DNA of 64,000 nucleotides from Arenicellales bacterium (GTDB lineage: Bacteria; Pseudomonadota; Gammaproteobacteria; Arenicellales; Poriferihabitantaceae), in the NCBI GenBank assembly GCA_963663315.1, contig OY760176.1, positions 69,822-133,821 on the forward strand, read 5' to 3'. A program made the translations under genes and the position numbers. The notes beneath the pieces were generated by a model. That model searched no databases. It had not been told where the DNA came from and saw nothing but the letters and a program-made list of their open reading frames with translations. This document shows, one piece after another, positions 19,661-28,819 of the stretch (its first letter is position 1; the number at the start of each line of letters is the position of its first letter).

Positions 19661-22600
19661 TGGCGTTCATCTCAGAAGCCGGTGTCGAGGCCGCACTACT
19701 CGATCAGCTCGAAGGCCTCGGTTATACCCGTCTTCCGGACGGCATCGCGGGACCCGACGGCTCCGCGCCCGAGCGCGCGTCCTATTCCGACGTGGTGCTG
19801 GTGGACCGCCTGAAACGGGCCGTGGATCGTCTCAACCCGGATATCCCGTCCGAGGCACGCCAAGATGCGTTGAAGAAGGTCATTGCCGACGAGACCCCGT
19901 CTCTGATCGAAGAGAACCGGCGTATTCACCGTGCCCTGGTCGAAGGCATCGATGTGGAGTTCTACGTCGAGGACGGCACCATACGCGGCGACAAGGTCCG
20001 TCTGATCGATTTCGGCGATCCGTCGGCGAACGACTGGCTGGCAGTGGACCAGTTCACGGTCATCCAACACGGCAACAACCGCCGTCCGGACGTGGTGGTG
20101 TTCGTCAACGGCCTGCCGCTGGGAGTGATCGAAATCAAGAACCCCGGCACCGAGAGTGCCACGCTAACCGGCGCCTACAACCAGTTGCAGACCTACAAGT
20201 CACAGATTCCGTCCCTGTTTCGAACCAATGCCGCGTTGGTGACTTCTGACGGCCTGATGGCGCGGATCGGCTCTCTGACAGCTAATGAAGAACGGTTCAT
20301 GCCATGGCGAACGACGGATGGCACCGATGTCGCGGCCAAGGGCAGTCCCGAGATGTCCGTGCTGATCGAGGGCGTGTTCGAACAGCGGCGGTTCCTCGAT
20401 CTAATCCGCGATTTCACGGTCTTCGGCGATACCGGATCGGGTATTTCCAAGATCATCGCGGGCTATCATCAGTATCACGCCGTGCGACACGCCGTGGAAA
20501 GCACGGTGGGTGCTACCTCGCCCGAAGGCAACCGCAAGGTGGGCGTGATCTGGCACACCCAGGGTTCCGGCAAGAGCCTTCTCATGGCGTTCTACGCGGG
20601 CCAACTGGTTCGACGACCGGAACTGCAAAACCCGACCATCGTTGTCATGACCGACCGCAACGACCTGGACGATCAGTTGTTCGGCACCTTCTCCATGTAC
20701 CGCGACCTGATCCGTCAAACGCCAATCCAGGCGGAAAACCGTGAGGATCTGCAAAAGGCGCTGAACCGGGCTTCGGGCGGGGTCATATTCACCACCATCC
20801 AGAAGTTTGCTCCCGCCAGGAGCGGGGCGGACTATCCTGCGCTGACGGACCGGCGCAACGTGGTGGTCATCGCCGATGAAGCGCACCGCAGCCAATATGG
20901 CTTCAAGGCAAGGGTTGAACAGAAGACCGGCGAGATCGCCTATGGCTTCGCCAAGTACCTGCGCGATGCGCTGCCCAACGCCTCTTTTATCGGGTTTACC
21001 GGAACGCCGATTGAGAAGGACGACGCCAACACGCCCGCCGTGTTCGGCCAGTACATCGACGTTTACGACATCAGCCGGGCGGTCGAGGACGGCGCAACGG
21101 TGCCGATTTATTACGAAAGCCGGTTGGCGCGCATCGAACTGCCCGATGAGGAAAAACCCAGAATCGACGCCGAGATCGAGGAATTGACCGAGGACGAGGC
21201 GATAACGGAGCAGGAGCGTCTGAAGCGTAAATGGTCGACCGTCGAAGCACTCGTCGGCGCGGAGAAGCGCCTCAAGATGGTGGCGGAAGATCTGGTGCGG
21301 CATTTCGAGGACCGAGTCGAGGCGATGGAAGGCAAGGCCATGGTGGTCTGCATGAGCCGCCGCATTTGCGTCGCTTTGTACAAAGAGATCATCGCCCTTC
21401 GCCCCGATTGGCATTCCGACGACGATAAGGGCGGCGCGATCAAAATCGTCATGACCGGCTCGGCAGCCGATCCTGAAGCCTGGCAGCCCTATGTGGGCAA
21501 CAAGACCCGCCGGGACCTGCTTGCCAAACGGGCGAAGGACCCGAGCGACCCGCTCATGCTGGTTATCGTCTGCGACATGTGGTTGACCGGCTTCGATGCC
21601 CCCTCCATGCACACCATGTACATCGACAAGCCCATGCGGGGTCATGGGCTGATGCAGGCCATCGCGCGGGTCAATAGGGTGTTCCAGGACAAGCCTGCCG
21701 GATTGGTGGTCGACTACATCGGCGTCGCTCAGAACCTGAAGAATGCGCTGGGCCAGTATTCGGCGGCGGACCAGAAGAACGCGGGGATCGACGAGGCCGA
21801 TGCCGTCGCAATGATGCTCGAAAAGTACGACGTGGTGCGCACCATGTACCACGGCTTCGATTACATGCGGGGCCTGGCCGGCACGCCTCAAGAGCGGCTT
21901 ATCGCCATGGCGGAGGCGATTGAGTGGATTCTTGAACGCCAGCACAAGGCCGCCGAGAGGGAAACGACGGAGGAGGCCAGGAAGAAGGCTCATCGTCGCT
22001 ACCAGGACGAAGTGCTCGCCTTGTCCAAGGCCTTTGCCTTTGCCGCCGCCAGTGACGACGCCCGCCAGATCCGCGACGAAGTCGGATTCTTCCAGACGGT
22101 CCGTGCCGCACTGGTCAAGTCGGCCCAAGGAACCGGCAAATCAGTCGCCGATCAGCAATTGGCGGTTCAACAGATCATCGACCGCGCCGTCGTCTCGACG
22201 GAGATCGTAGATATTTTGGCGGCAGCCGGCTTGGGAACGCCTGACATTTCAATCCTGTCGGAGGAGTTTCTGGCCGAAGTCCAGCAGATGGAGAAAAAGA
22301 ACCTTGCACTGGAAGCCTTGAAAAAGCTGCTCAATGACGAGATCACCTCCCGCAGCCGCTCGAACGTGGTGGAGACCAAACGGTTCTCAGACCGCCTGGA
22401 GCAGGCCGTGGCCCGTTACCACACCAATGCCATCAGCACGGTCGAGGTCCTCCAGGAACTGATCAATCTTGCCCGGGAAATTAGGGAAGCCCGGAAGCGC
22501 GGTGAAGACGAGGGCTTGTCCACGGACGAGGTGGCTTTCTACGACGCCCTGGCGGAGAACGAAAGTGCCATTGAGGTGATGGGTAATGACTCCCTCAAGC

Positions 22601-22803
22601 TCATCGCCCATGAACTGCTGAGTAGCCTCAAGTCCAACATCACGGTTGATTGGTCACACAGGGAGAGCGCTCGGGCGCGAATGCGGGTTCTGGTCAAACG
22701 TATCCTGCGCCACCATGGATATCCGCCAGACCTGCAAGATGCTGCCGTGCAGACGGTTCTGCAACAGGCCGAAGCCTTGTCCGCGCAATGGGCTACATCA
22801 TAA
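19660..22803 (+). CDS. hsdR: Type I restriction endonuclease subunit R
   Basis: 1047 aa. Typical N-terminus [24 protein letters not shown]2 helicase motifs ([22 protein letters not shown]) and a long helical C-terminal domain. No hsdM or hsdS in the window. Confidence 0.93.
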   Translation: MAFISEAGVEAALLDQLEGLGYTRLPDGIAGPDGSAPERASYSDVVLVDRLKRAVDRLNPDIPSEARQDALKKVIADETPSLIEENRRIHRALVEGIDVEFYVEDGTIRGDKVRLIDFGDPSANDWLAVDQFTVIQHGNNRRPDVVVFVNGLPLGVIEIKNPGTESATLTGAYNQLQTYKSQIPSLFRTNAALVTSDGLMARIGSLTANEERFMPWRTTDGTDVAAKGSPEMSVLIEGVFEQRRFLDLIRDFTVFGDTGSGISKIIAGYHQYHAVRHAVESTVGATSPEGNRKVGVIWHTQGSGKSLLMAFYAGQLVRRPELQNPTIVVMTDRNDLDDQLFGTFSMYRDLIRQTPIQAENREDLQKALNRASGGVIFTTIQKFAPARSGADYPALTDRRNVVVIADEAHRSQYGFKARVEQKTGEIAYGFAKYLRDALPNASFIGFTGTPIEKDDANTPAVFGQYIDVYDISRAVEDGATVPIYYESRLARIELPDEEKPRIDAEIEELTEDEAITEQERLKRKWSTVEALVGAEKRLKMVAEDLVRHFEDRVEAMEGKAMVVCMSRRICVALYKEIIALRPDWHSDDDKGGAIKIVMTGSAADPEAWQPYVGNKTRRDLLAKRAKDPSDPLMLVIVCDMWLTGFDAPSMHTMYIDKPMRGHGLMQAIARVNRVFQDKPAGLVVDYIGVAQNLKNALGQYSAADQKNAGIDEADAVAMMLEKYDVVRTMYHGFDYMRGLAGTPQERLIAMAEAIEWILERQHKAAERETTEEARKKAHRRYQDEVLALSKAFAFAAASDDARQIRDEVGFFQTVRAALVKSAQGTGKSVADQQLAVQQIIDRAVVSTEIVDILAAAGLGTPDISILSEEFLAEVQQMEKKNLALEALKKLLNDEITSRSRSNVVETKRFSDRLEQAVARYHTNAISTVEVLQELINLAREIREARKRGEDEGLSTDEVAFYDALAENESAIEVMGNDSLKLIAHELLSSLKSNITVDWSHRESARARMRVLVKRILRHHGYPPDLQDAAVQTVLQQAEALSAQWATS

Positions 22804-23004
22804 CACTGCTAATTTTGGGAATTTTATCGTTAACTATGTGTAGTCGGGCCGCGCCGACACCCTCAGTCCTTCACCCTGACATACCCTGGGAGGTTAGATA
22901 TCCCATTGGGAACATTGAGCTTTTGGCCCAGATGTAACTGTGAGTAATTCTCGTAGGTTTCCTGCGTCTAAAAAAGCACATACCCGTGAGCATCAAACAG
23001 AGCG

Positions 23005-23375
23005 GAGCTATGGCCAAATGTTGGTGACGCGTTGATCAGGCAGTGTCGTGGATGTGCTTGATGCCGTCCTTGTACGTCACTCCCTGGATGACTTCGACGA
23101 GATAGTCCGATCCATCGAGCGGACAGTGCCCCCGACGGCGCGAAACACCATTGGAGGATGGTAGTGGTGGGCCAGAACCGATTGCACGGGAGATGTGAGA
23201 GTGGACCGGAGCCCAGAGTTTCCCGCAGGACTGTGGGGAGGGGGGCACTTCGAATTCTTGACACTCCACGGCGAAGAGAGTAAGGTGCAACTGCAAGGGG
23301 ACAATCTCTACTCTTCTTGCCACAACGGTGTTCGGGGCACGACTCCCCGAGCGGACCGCATGGTCCAGCACGCAT
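23005..23375 (-). pseudogene. Decayed IS256-family element end with a frameshifted transposase C-terminus
   Basis: The terminal sequence GAGCTATGGCCAAATGTTGG... aligns at about 28 of 39 positions with the left end of the intact IS256-family element at 28820. The stop codon sits at the same offset (23036). PLDGSDYLVEVIQGVTYKDG matches KLDGSNHLAEIIRGVKFVDG. Upstream homology is scattered over three frames. Confidence 0.55.
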
Positions 23376-23614
23376 CGACCGAGTGAAAGCGTGTCTACGG
23401 GTTCCGGTCGCCGAAAGAATCGTCCGAGAGGGCGATCCCTGGAGAGGCTGCCTTCACCCGTCTTCGCGACATATACCGGTGTACTTTCAAGAAAGCCGCG
23501 GCCGCTCCAGCGCGTTTGTGCGAACTACGCCGGGTGCGTCGCTGCGTAACGGCTGCGATCCCGGCACGAGACGGGTTTGCGGCTCATAACAATGTTAGGG
23601 AGGATGTGTCTTCG

Positions 23615-24739
23615 ATGAAAAAAATCAGGGTGGCCATCGCTGGTGTCGGCAACTGCGCGAGTTCCTTGGTACAAGGGTTGGAATACTACCGGGGCCGCAA
23701 CGAGGCGTCATTCAGCGGTCTAATGAACGCAAAGATCGGCGATTGGGGGCCCAGCGATATCGAGATCGTGGCCGCCTTTGATGTCGACCGCCGTAAGGTC
23801 GGCAAGCGGGTGGAAAAAGCGATTTTCGCCAGACCCAACTGCACCAAAATATTCCAGAGCGCTCTGCCCGTATCCGAGGTCGTGGTGCGGATGGGACCGG
23901 TTCTCGATGGCGTCGCGCCTCACATGGCCGACTACCCGGATGACGAGGCTTTCCGCCCCTCTGACGAAGAACCGGTCGACGTCGTCCAAGTCCTCAAGGA
24001 CGCTCGGGCCGAAGTTCTGGTCTGCTACATGCCGGTTGGCTCGGAACAGGCGGTTCGGCACTATGCCAGGGCTTGCCTGGAGGCCAGCGTGGCCATGGTC
24101 AACTGCGTTCCGGTGTTTATGGCTTCCGACCCCGAATGGGCTGGGAAATTTCGCGATGCCGGCCTGCCCATCGTCGGCGACGACATCAAAAGCCAGGTCG
24201 GCGCCACCATCGTGCACCGGACCCTCGCTCGCCTGTTCGGAGACCGCGGCGTACCGCTTGATCGAACCTACCAGTTGAACACGGGCGGCAACACGGATTT
24301 TCTCAACATGAAGGCGCTCGACCGCTTGAAGTCCAAGAAAGTTTCCAAGACGGAATCCGTGCAGTCCCAGTTGGACGAACGGCTGGATTCCCGGAACATT
24401 CATATCGGGCCGTCCGATTACGTGCCGTGGCAGGACGACAACAAGGTTGCCTTCATCCGTATGGAAGGCCGCGGTTTCGGGGATGTGCCGTTGGAGTTGG
24501 AGCTCAGGCTGTCGGTCCAGGATTCACCCAACAGCGCGGGCGTGGTCATCGATGCGATTCGGTGCGCCAAGCTGGGGTTGGAGCGCGGCATCGGCGGTCC
24601 TTTGGAGGCGGCCTCCGCCTACTACATGAAGAGCCCGCCCAATCAGATGCGCGATTCGCTGGCCTATGAATTGACGGGTTCGTTTATCCAAGACAGAAAG
24701 GCCGGCGAGGGGACATCTCAAGCGGTCGCCGATGAATAG
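23615..24739 (+). CDS. ino1: myo-Inositol-1-phosphate synthase (short prokaryotic type)
   Basis: 374 aa counted from the ATG at 23615, which has GGGAGGA 10 nt upstream. MKKIRVAIAGVGNCASSLVQG Rossmann start, GDDIKSQVGAT, NTGGNTDF and SKKVSKTES blocks. Confidence 0.85.
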   Translation: MKKIRVAIAGVGNCASSLVQGLEYYRGRNEASFSGLMNAKIGDWGPSDIEIVAAFDVDRRKVGKRVEKAIFARPNCTKIFQSALPVSEVVVRMGPVLDGVAPHMADYPDDEAFRPSDEEPVDVVQVLKDARAEVLVCYMPVGSEQAVRHYARACLEASVAMVNCVPVFMASDPEWAGKFRDAGLPIVGDDIKSQVGATIVHRTLARLFGDRGVPLDRTYQLNTGGNTDFLNMKALDRLKSKKVSKTESVQSQLDERLDSRNIHIGPSDYVPWQDDNKVAFIRMEGRGFGDVPLELELRLSVQDSPNSAGVVIDAIRCAKLGLERGIGGPLEAASAYYMKSPPNQMRDSLAYELTGSFIQDRKAGEGTSQAVADE

Positions 24740-25604
24740 TCTCGCCGGTCAGGCCGCCAACAACGGTCCGGGCGGTGGCAACACAATCCGGACCGTGGAC
24801 TCGCCCTGGGTGGAACGGCTGCTCACGCTCCACCGCCAAGTGCGGAGCGCGGTCGCGAAAGCCGGCCTCGAAGCAATCGGGTCCAAGAACCCGAAGGGTG
24901 ACGACGTTAAACGGTTCGACCTTGCCGCCAATGACGCGGCATTGGCCGTTCTAAGGCGACTCCAAGTGCCGGTTGTCGTCGATTCCGAGGAGAGCGGGCG
25001 CCAGGAAATCGGCTCCGGCACACCGCGGCATCGCCTCGTCCTCGATCCGGTGGACGGGTCCGACAACTGGGCGCGGGGAATGCCGTTATCGGCCTTGTCC
25101 TGTGCCGTGCTGCCAATCGACGCCCCTCTCCAGCCCGATTGGGTCGAGGCGGCCCTGGTCGGGCCGCTCGAACAGGAAACGCCCCTGATCGCGTTCAAGG
25201 GCTCCGGGGCCTGGCGCGGGAACGAGCGTCTCGCAACATCGCAGCTTGGCACCATTGCCAGGGCCACGATTTCGGTCGAACTCAACCATCATTCTCCGTC
25301 GCCGGGGCTTGTCCACCTAATCGCGGCCGCCAGGGGAGTGCGGTGCTATGGCTGCGCTTCGCGCGCCATCTCCCTGGTCGCCGAGGGCGCGACCGACGCC
25401 CATGTGGACGTGCGTGGCCGTCTGACGGTGGAAAGCTACCTCGCCGCTGCGCGGTTGGTGATCGAGGCGGGAGGCTGGATTGTTGGCCTCGATGGCGCGC
25501 CCCTGGCGGCGCCGGAAGGCTTGACCGACCGCGTCGGCCTGATTGCGGCGGCGAGCCGGGAGCTCTGTGAGGAAATCGTGGAACTCCTGGGCGATGCAGG
25601 ATAG
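24732..25604 (+). CDS. Inositol-monophosphatase-family phosphatase
   Basis: 290 aa. Metal-binding DSEESG and LDPVDGSDNW motifs. C-terminal AAARLVIEAGG. Overlaps ino1 by 8 nt. Confidence 0.8.
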   Translation: MNSLAGQAANNGPGGGNTIRTVDSPWVERLLTLHRQVRSAVAKAGLEAIGSKNPKGDDVKRFDLAANDAALAVLRRLQVPVVVDSEESGRQEIGSGTPRHRLVLDPVDGSDNWARGMPLSALSCAVLPIDAPLQPDWVEAALVGPLEQETPLIAFKGSGAWRGNERLATSQLGTIARATISVELNHHSPSPGLVHLIAAARGVRCYGCASRAISLVAEGATDAHVDVRGRLTVESYLAAARLVIEAGGWIVGLDGAPLAAPEGLTDRVGLIAAASRELCEEIVELLGDAG

Positions 25605-25741
25605 TGGCTTGGCAAACCCGGCGCCGGAGGGGGCGCTGATTATGGCAGCCGGGCTGGGATCGCGGTTTCGACCGGGAACCAAGACACCGAAGCCCCTGAC
25701 CAGGGTGCTCGGACTGAGCCTCGCCGAACGGGTCGTCTGCA
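25594..25741 (+). pseudogene. 5' fragment of a second nucleotidyltransferase (IPCT-domain) gene
   Basis: ATG at 25594 overlaps the IMPase stop. Encodes ...ALIMAAGLGSRFRPGTKTPKPLTRVLGLSLAERVVC, paralogous to residues 15-52 of the 26819 protein. Homology stops abruptly at 25741. Confidence 0.7.
25683..25741 (+). repeat. 59-bp direct repeat, copy 1 (57/59 identical to 26911..26969)
   Basis: GACACCGAAGCCCCTGA(C)CA(G)GGTGCTCGGACTGAGCCTCGCCGAACGGGTCGTCTGCA, read directly from the sequence. Confidence 0.9.
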
Positions 25742-25847
25742 TGTTCGGGCCGCCAACGACAAGCTCGGCCGTGGCTCGTGTCGTTTCCCCGGCAACGAAG
25801 TGTCTGAGAATTTACACCAACCGACCTCGGTCTGGGCTCAATATCAT

Positions 25848-26759
25848 ATGTACGATGTCTGCATAATTGGCCACGTCACAAGGGATATTGGCGCATTTAA
25901 CCGACGGCCCGGGAGCGAGATGCCGGGCGGAGTTGTCAACTACGCGGGGATCGCGCTTCAGAGCCTAGGCCTCAAGACCGCGGTCATCACCAAAGCGGCA
26001 AATGTCGATGCCGACGAGATCCTGGGACAGCTGCGGAAAATTGGCGTCAAGGTCCATTGGCTTGCTAGCCGGTCGACCACGGTCTTTGAGAATAATTACT
26101 CGGGAAACGGACTCGAATTCAGGAATCAGAAAGTCCGGTCGATCGCTAATACTTTCGACCCCCGCTGTCTGCCACCGGTTTGGGCCAAGACGTTTTATCT
26201 CGGTCCGCTCACGAATGGCGAAATGTCCGCCGAATTTGTGAAAGCGGTGTCCGAGCGGGACGGTCGCGTGTTTTTGGACGTTCAAGGCTTTCTCAGAGAG
26301 GTCGAGAACGGAAAGGTCCGCTTGGTCGACTGGCCCGAGAAGCGGGAGGTGCTCGCTCATGTCCACGTCTTGAAGGCGAACCTCGCCGAGGCCCGATTCC
26401 TGTCGGGAGAGAAAGAACCCGAGCGCGCGGCGCGAAAGCTTGTCGAACTCGGGCCGGAGGAGGTCATCTTGACGTTCGGCGGCAACGGTTCTCTTATCCT
26501 TGCAGGGGGGCGCCTCTACGACATTCCAGCCTATCCGCCGCGGGTTGTCGCCGACCCTACCGGCTGCGGCGACACCTACAGCGCCGGTTACATCTTTCAC
26601 CGGCTGCAATCGGATGACATCGGAGCCGCCGGCCGGTTCGCGGCTGCCCTGGCGGCGCTCAAACTGGAACGTCATGGACCGTTCACGGGCGACGCGCAAG
26701 AGGTCCAAGCTCGCCTGAGAGAAGCCGAGGCCATGGCGGAGTCGGACCGCCAAGAATGA
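25848..26759 (+). CDS. PfkB/ribokinase-family carbohydrate kinase (candidate inositol kinase)
   Basis: N-terminal GG region MPGGVVNYAG and C-terminal DPTGCGDTYSAGYI (DTxGAGD-type). I prefer the ATG at 25848. The track uses GTG at 25800. Confidence 0.8.
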   Translation: MYDVCIIGHVTRDIGAFNRRPGSEMPGGVVNYAGIALQSLGLKTAVITKAANVDADEILGQLRKIGVKVHWLASRSTTVFENNYSGNGLEFRNQKVRSIANTFDPRCLPPVWAKTFYLGPLTNGEMSAEFVKAVSERDGRVFLDVQGFLREVENGKVRLVDWPEKREVLAHVHVLKANLAEARFLSGEKEPERAARKLVELGPEEVILTFGGNGSLILAGGRLYDIPAYPPRVVADPTGCGDTYSAGYIFHRLQSDDIGAAGRFAAALAALKLERHGPFTGDAQEVQARLREAEAMAESDRQE

Positions 26760-26818
26760 TGCCAAATCTGACGGCCCGGCCAACCGCGCGTCGTGCGATA
26801 AAATCATCGGAAGTCTGA

Positions 26819-28183
26819 GTGATGGTGGGAACTAACGACCAGATAGCGACCCCGGAGGTTGCGGTGATGCTTGCTGCTGGACTTGGGTCACGCCTATTTC
26901 CGCAAACCACGACACCGAAGCCCCTGATCAAGGTGCTCGGACTGAGCCTCGCCGAACGGGTCGTCTGCACGTTGCTGGACGCAGGCGTCCGGCGGGTCCT
27001 CGTCACTCTGGGTCATGAGGCCGAATCAGTGAAGGAGCATTTTTCCGGCATCGCCCGGCGTCGCGGCGTCACGATCGACTTCATCGAAGCCGAGGGCTGG
27101 GAGCAGGGCAACGGCGCCAGCGCCCTGGCGGCCAAGGGTCGCACCGGCGAGGCGCCCTTCTTCCTGGTCATGATCGATCATCTGTTCAATCCCGCAATCG
27201 CACGGGCCCTGGCCAACGACCCGCCGGCAGTGGGCGAACTTCGCCTCGCCGTGGACCGCGACAAAGGCGCCATCTTCGATCTCGACGATGTCACCCGGGT
27301 CAAGATCGACGACGGACGCATTAAGGAAATCGAGAAGAACCTCGACGATTGGGATGCCGGCGACACCGGGGTCATGCTTTGCACGACCGGCCTGTTCGAA
27401 GGTCTCGAGCGCGCGGCGGCAAGCAACAAGCACGGGCTTTCCGACGGGCTCAGGGAACTGGCGCGCGAGGGGCGGGCGAGAACCGTCGACGTGACTGGAA
27501 TGCGGTGGCTCGACGTGGACACGCCCGACGCCTTGCGTGAAGCCGAACGACGTCTGATGCGCGACCAGGGCCGCAAGACCCGGGACGGGCCGGTGTCGCG
27601 CCATCTCAACCGCCCGGTTTCCCGATGGCTCAGCCGCTATCTGGTACGCACGGCGGTAACGCCCAACCAAGTCTCCCTGGCCTCGTGGATACTGTCCTGC
27701 AGTGCTGCGGGGTTGATGGCATTGGGCGGCTATCCCGCCCTGGCCGCCGGTGGCGTGCTGGCGCAACTGGCCTCGATCATCGACGGTTGCGATGGCGAGA
27801 TCGCCCGGCTGAAGCATTCCCAGAGCGAGTTCGGCGGCTGGTTCGACGCGGTCCTCGATCGGTATGCCGACGCCGCCCTGTTGTTCGGCCTGATGTGGCA
27901 CGAATTCGCTGCGACCGGCACAACCCTGTCCGTCGTGCTGGGGTTCGCGGCAATTGTCGGGTCGTTCCTAAACAGCTATACGGCGGACAAGTACGACGGG
28001 CTGATGGCTCAAAGGTTGCGAGGCGTCTCATACGTCCGGCTGGGCCGTGACGTTCGGGTGTTCGTCATCTTCCTTGGCGCCATCCTGAACCAGCCATTAT
28101 TCACCCTGGGTGTCGTTGCATTGGTGATGAATTTGGAAGTAGTTCGAAGGATCGTGATGTACAGGCGCGCTGCAGCGTCATAG
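26819..28183 (+). CDS. Bifunctional nucleotidyltransferase / CDP-alcohol phosphatidyltransferase (IPCT/DIPPS-like)
   Basis: 454 aa. N-terminal AAGLGSRL...KPL sugar-phosphate nucleotidyltransferase motif. The C-terminal membrane domain has an exact DG-x2-AR-x8-G-x3-D-x3-D signature (DGEIAR LKHSQSEF G GWF D AVL D). Confidence 0.85.
   Translation: MMVGTNDQIATPEVAVMLAAGLGSRLFPQTTTPKPLIKVLGLSLAERVVCTLLDAGVRRVLVTLGHEAESVKEHFSGIARRRGVTIDFIEAEGWEQGNGASALAAKGRTGEAPFFLVMIDHLFNPAIARALANDPPAVGELRLAVDRDKGAIFDLDDVTRVKIDDGRIKEIEKNLDDWDAGDTGVMLCTTGLFEGLERAAASNKHGLSDGLRELAREGRARTVDVTGMRWLDVDTPDALREAERRLMRDQGRKTRDGPVSRHLNRPVSRWLSRYLVRTAVTPNQVSLASWILSCSAAGLMALGGYPALAAGGVLAQLASIIDGCDGEIARLKHSQSEFGGWFDAVLDRYADAALLFGLMWHEFAATGTTLSVVLGFAAIVGSFLNSYTADKYDGLMAQRLRGVSYVRLGRDVRVFVIFLGAILNQPLFTLGVVALVMNLEVVRRIVMYRRAAAS
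26911..26969 (+). repeat. 59-bp direct repeat, copy 2
   Basis: Lies within the 5' part of the IPCT/DIPPS-like gene. Has two mismatches to copy 1. Confidence 0.9.
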
Positions 28184-28819
28184 CGGGCGAATGGGCTAAC
28201 TGAGAACGGCAGAGCAATAATCCCCCACTGAAGCGGCCGGTCGATCCGGCTGCGGCGGACCAAAATGGGACCGCGTATAGCCTTCTGTCAGGGTTGCTCT
28301 GACTGGAAGGCGGGGGGGATGTATCGGGTGGAGTTGTACGCACGGGTTCGGCGGGCGTGTCATGTCGAGGGGATGAGCACCCGCGAGGCCTCGCGGGTGT
28401 TTGGTGTAGACCGCAAGACAGTCCGTAAGATGCTGTCGTTCTCGGTGCCGCCAGGGTATCGCCGAAGCGCGCCGCCGAGGCGGCCAAAGCTGGGTCCGTT
28501 CACGGGAATCATCGATCGGATCTTGGAAGACGATCGGACCAGCCACCGCAAGCAACGGCACACTGCGAAGCGCATCTTCGACCGCCTCCGGGACGAGTAC
28601 GGTTTCACGGGCGGCTACACCATCGTGAAGGACTACGTTCGTGAGCAGGGGCTTCGGTCGCGTGAGGTGTTCGTGCCACTCTCCCATTCCCCCGGTCACG
28701 CCCAGGCGGACTTCGGCGAAGCGATGGCGGTGATCGGCGGCGCGTTACGGAAGATCCACTTCCTTGCCTTCGACCTTCCCCACAGTGATGGTTGCTTTGT
28801 TGCGGCCTATCCGGCGGAG

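Noticed and set aside
19617-20249. 210-aa plus-strand ORF (RRR/PGR-rich) overlapping the start of hsdR
   Set aside because: It is an off-frame reading of hsdR with extreme Arg, Pro and Gly content and no motifs.
20401-22128. 575-aa minus-strand ORF inside hsdR
   Set aside because: It is codon-aligned antisense to a clearly genuine HsdR. It is rich in Arg, Gly, Ala and Leu, as expected from GC-rich antisense DNA. No motifs.
23516-23614. Upstream extensions of several track ORFs: ino1 from 23516, istB from 31079, integrase from 37248, DUF2493 from 39273, dctM from 6240
   Set aside because: Internal ATGs coincide with RBS-like sequences, with stop-start overlaps, or with the N-termini of homologues in the same window. 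The extensions add non-homologous, composition-biased residues.
25543-25866. 107-aa ORF as a genuine small gene
   Set aside because: Only its middle section (ALIMAAGLGSRF...AERVVC) is meaningful, and that section is a truncated copy of the IPCT N-terminus. The rest is read-through into unrelated sequence. I annotated it as a pseudogene fragment instead.
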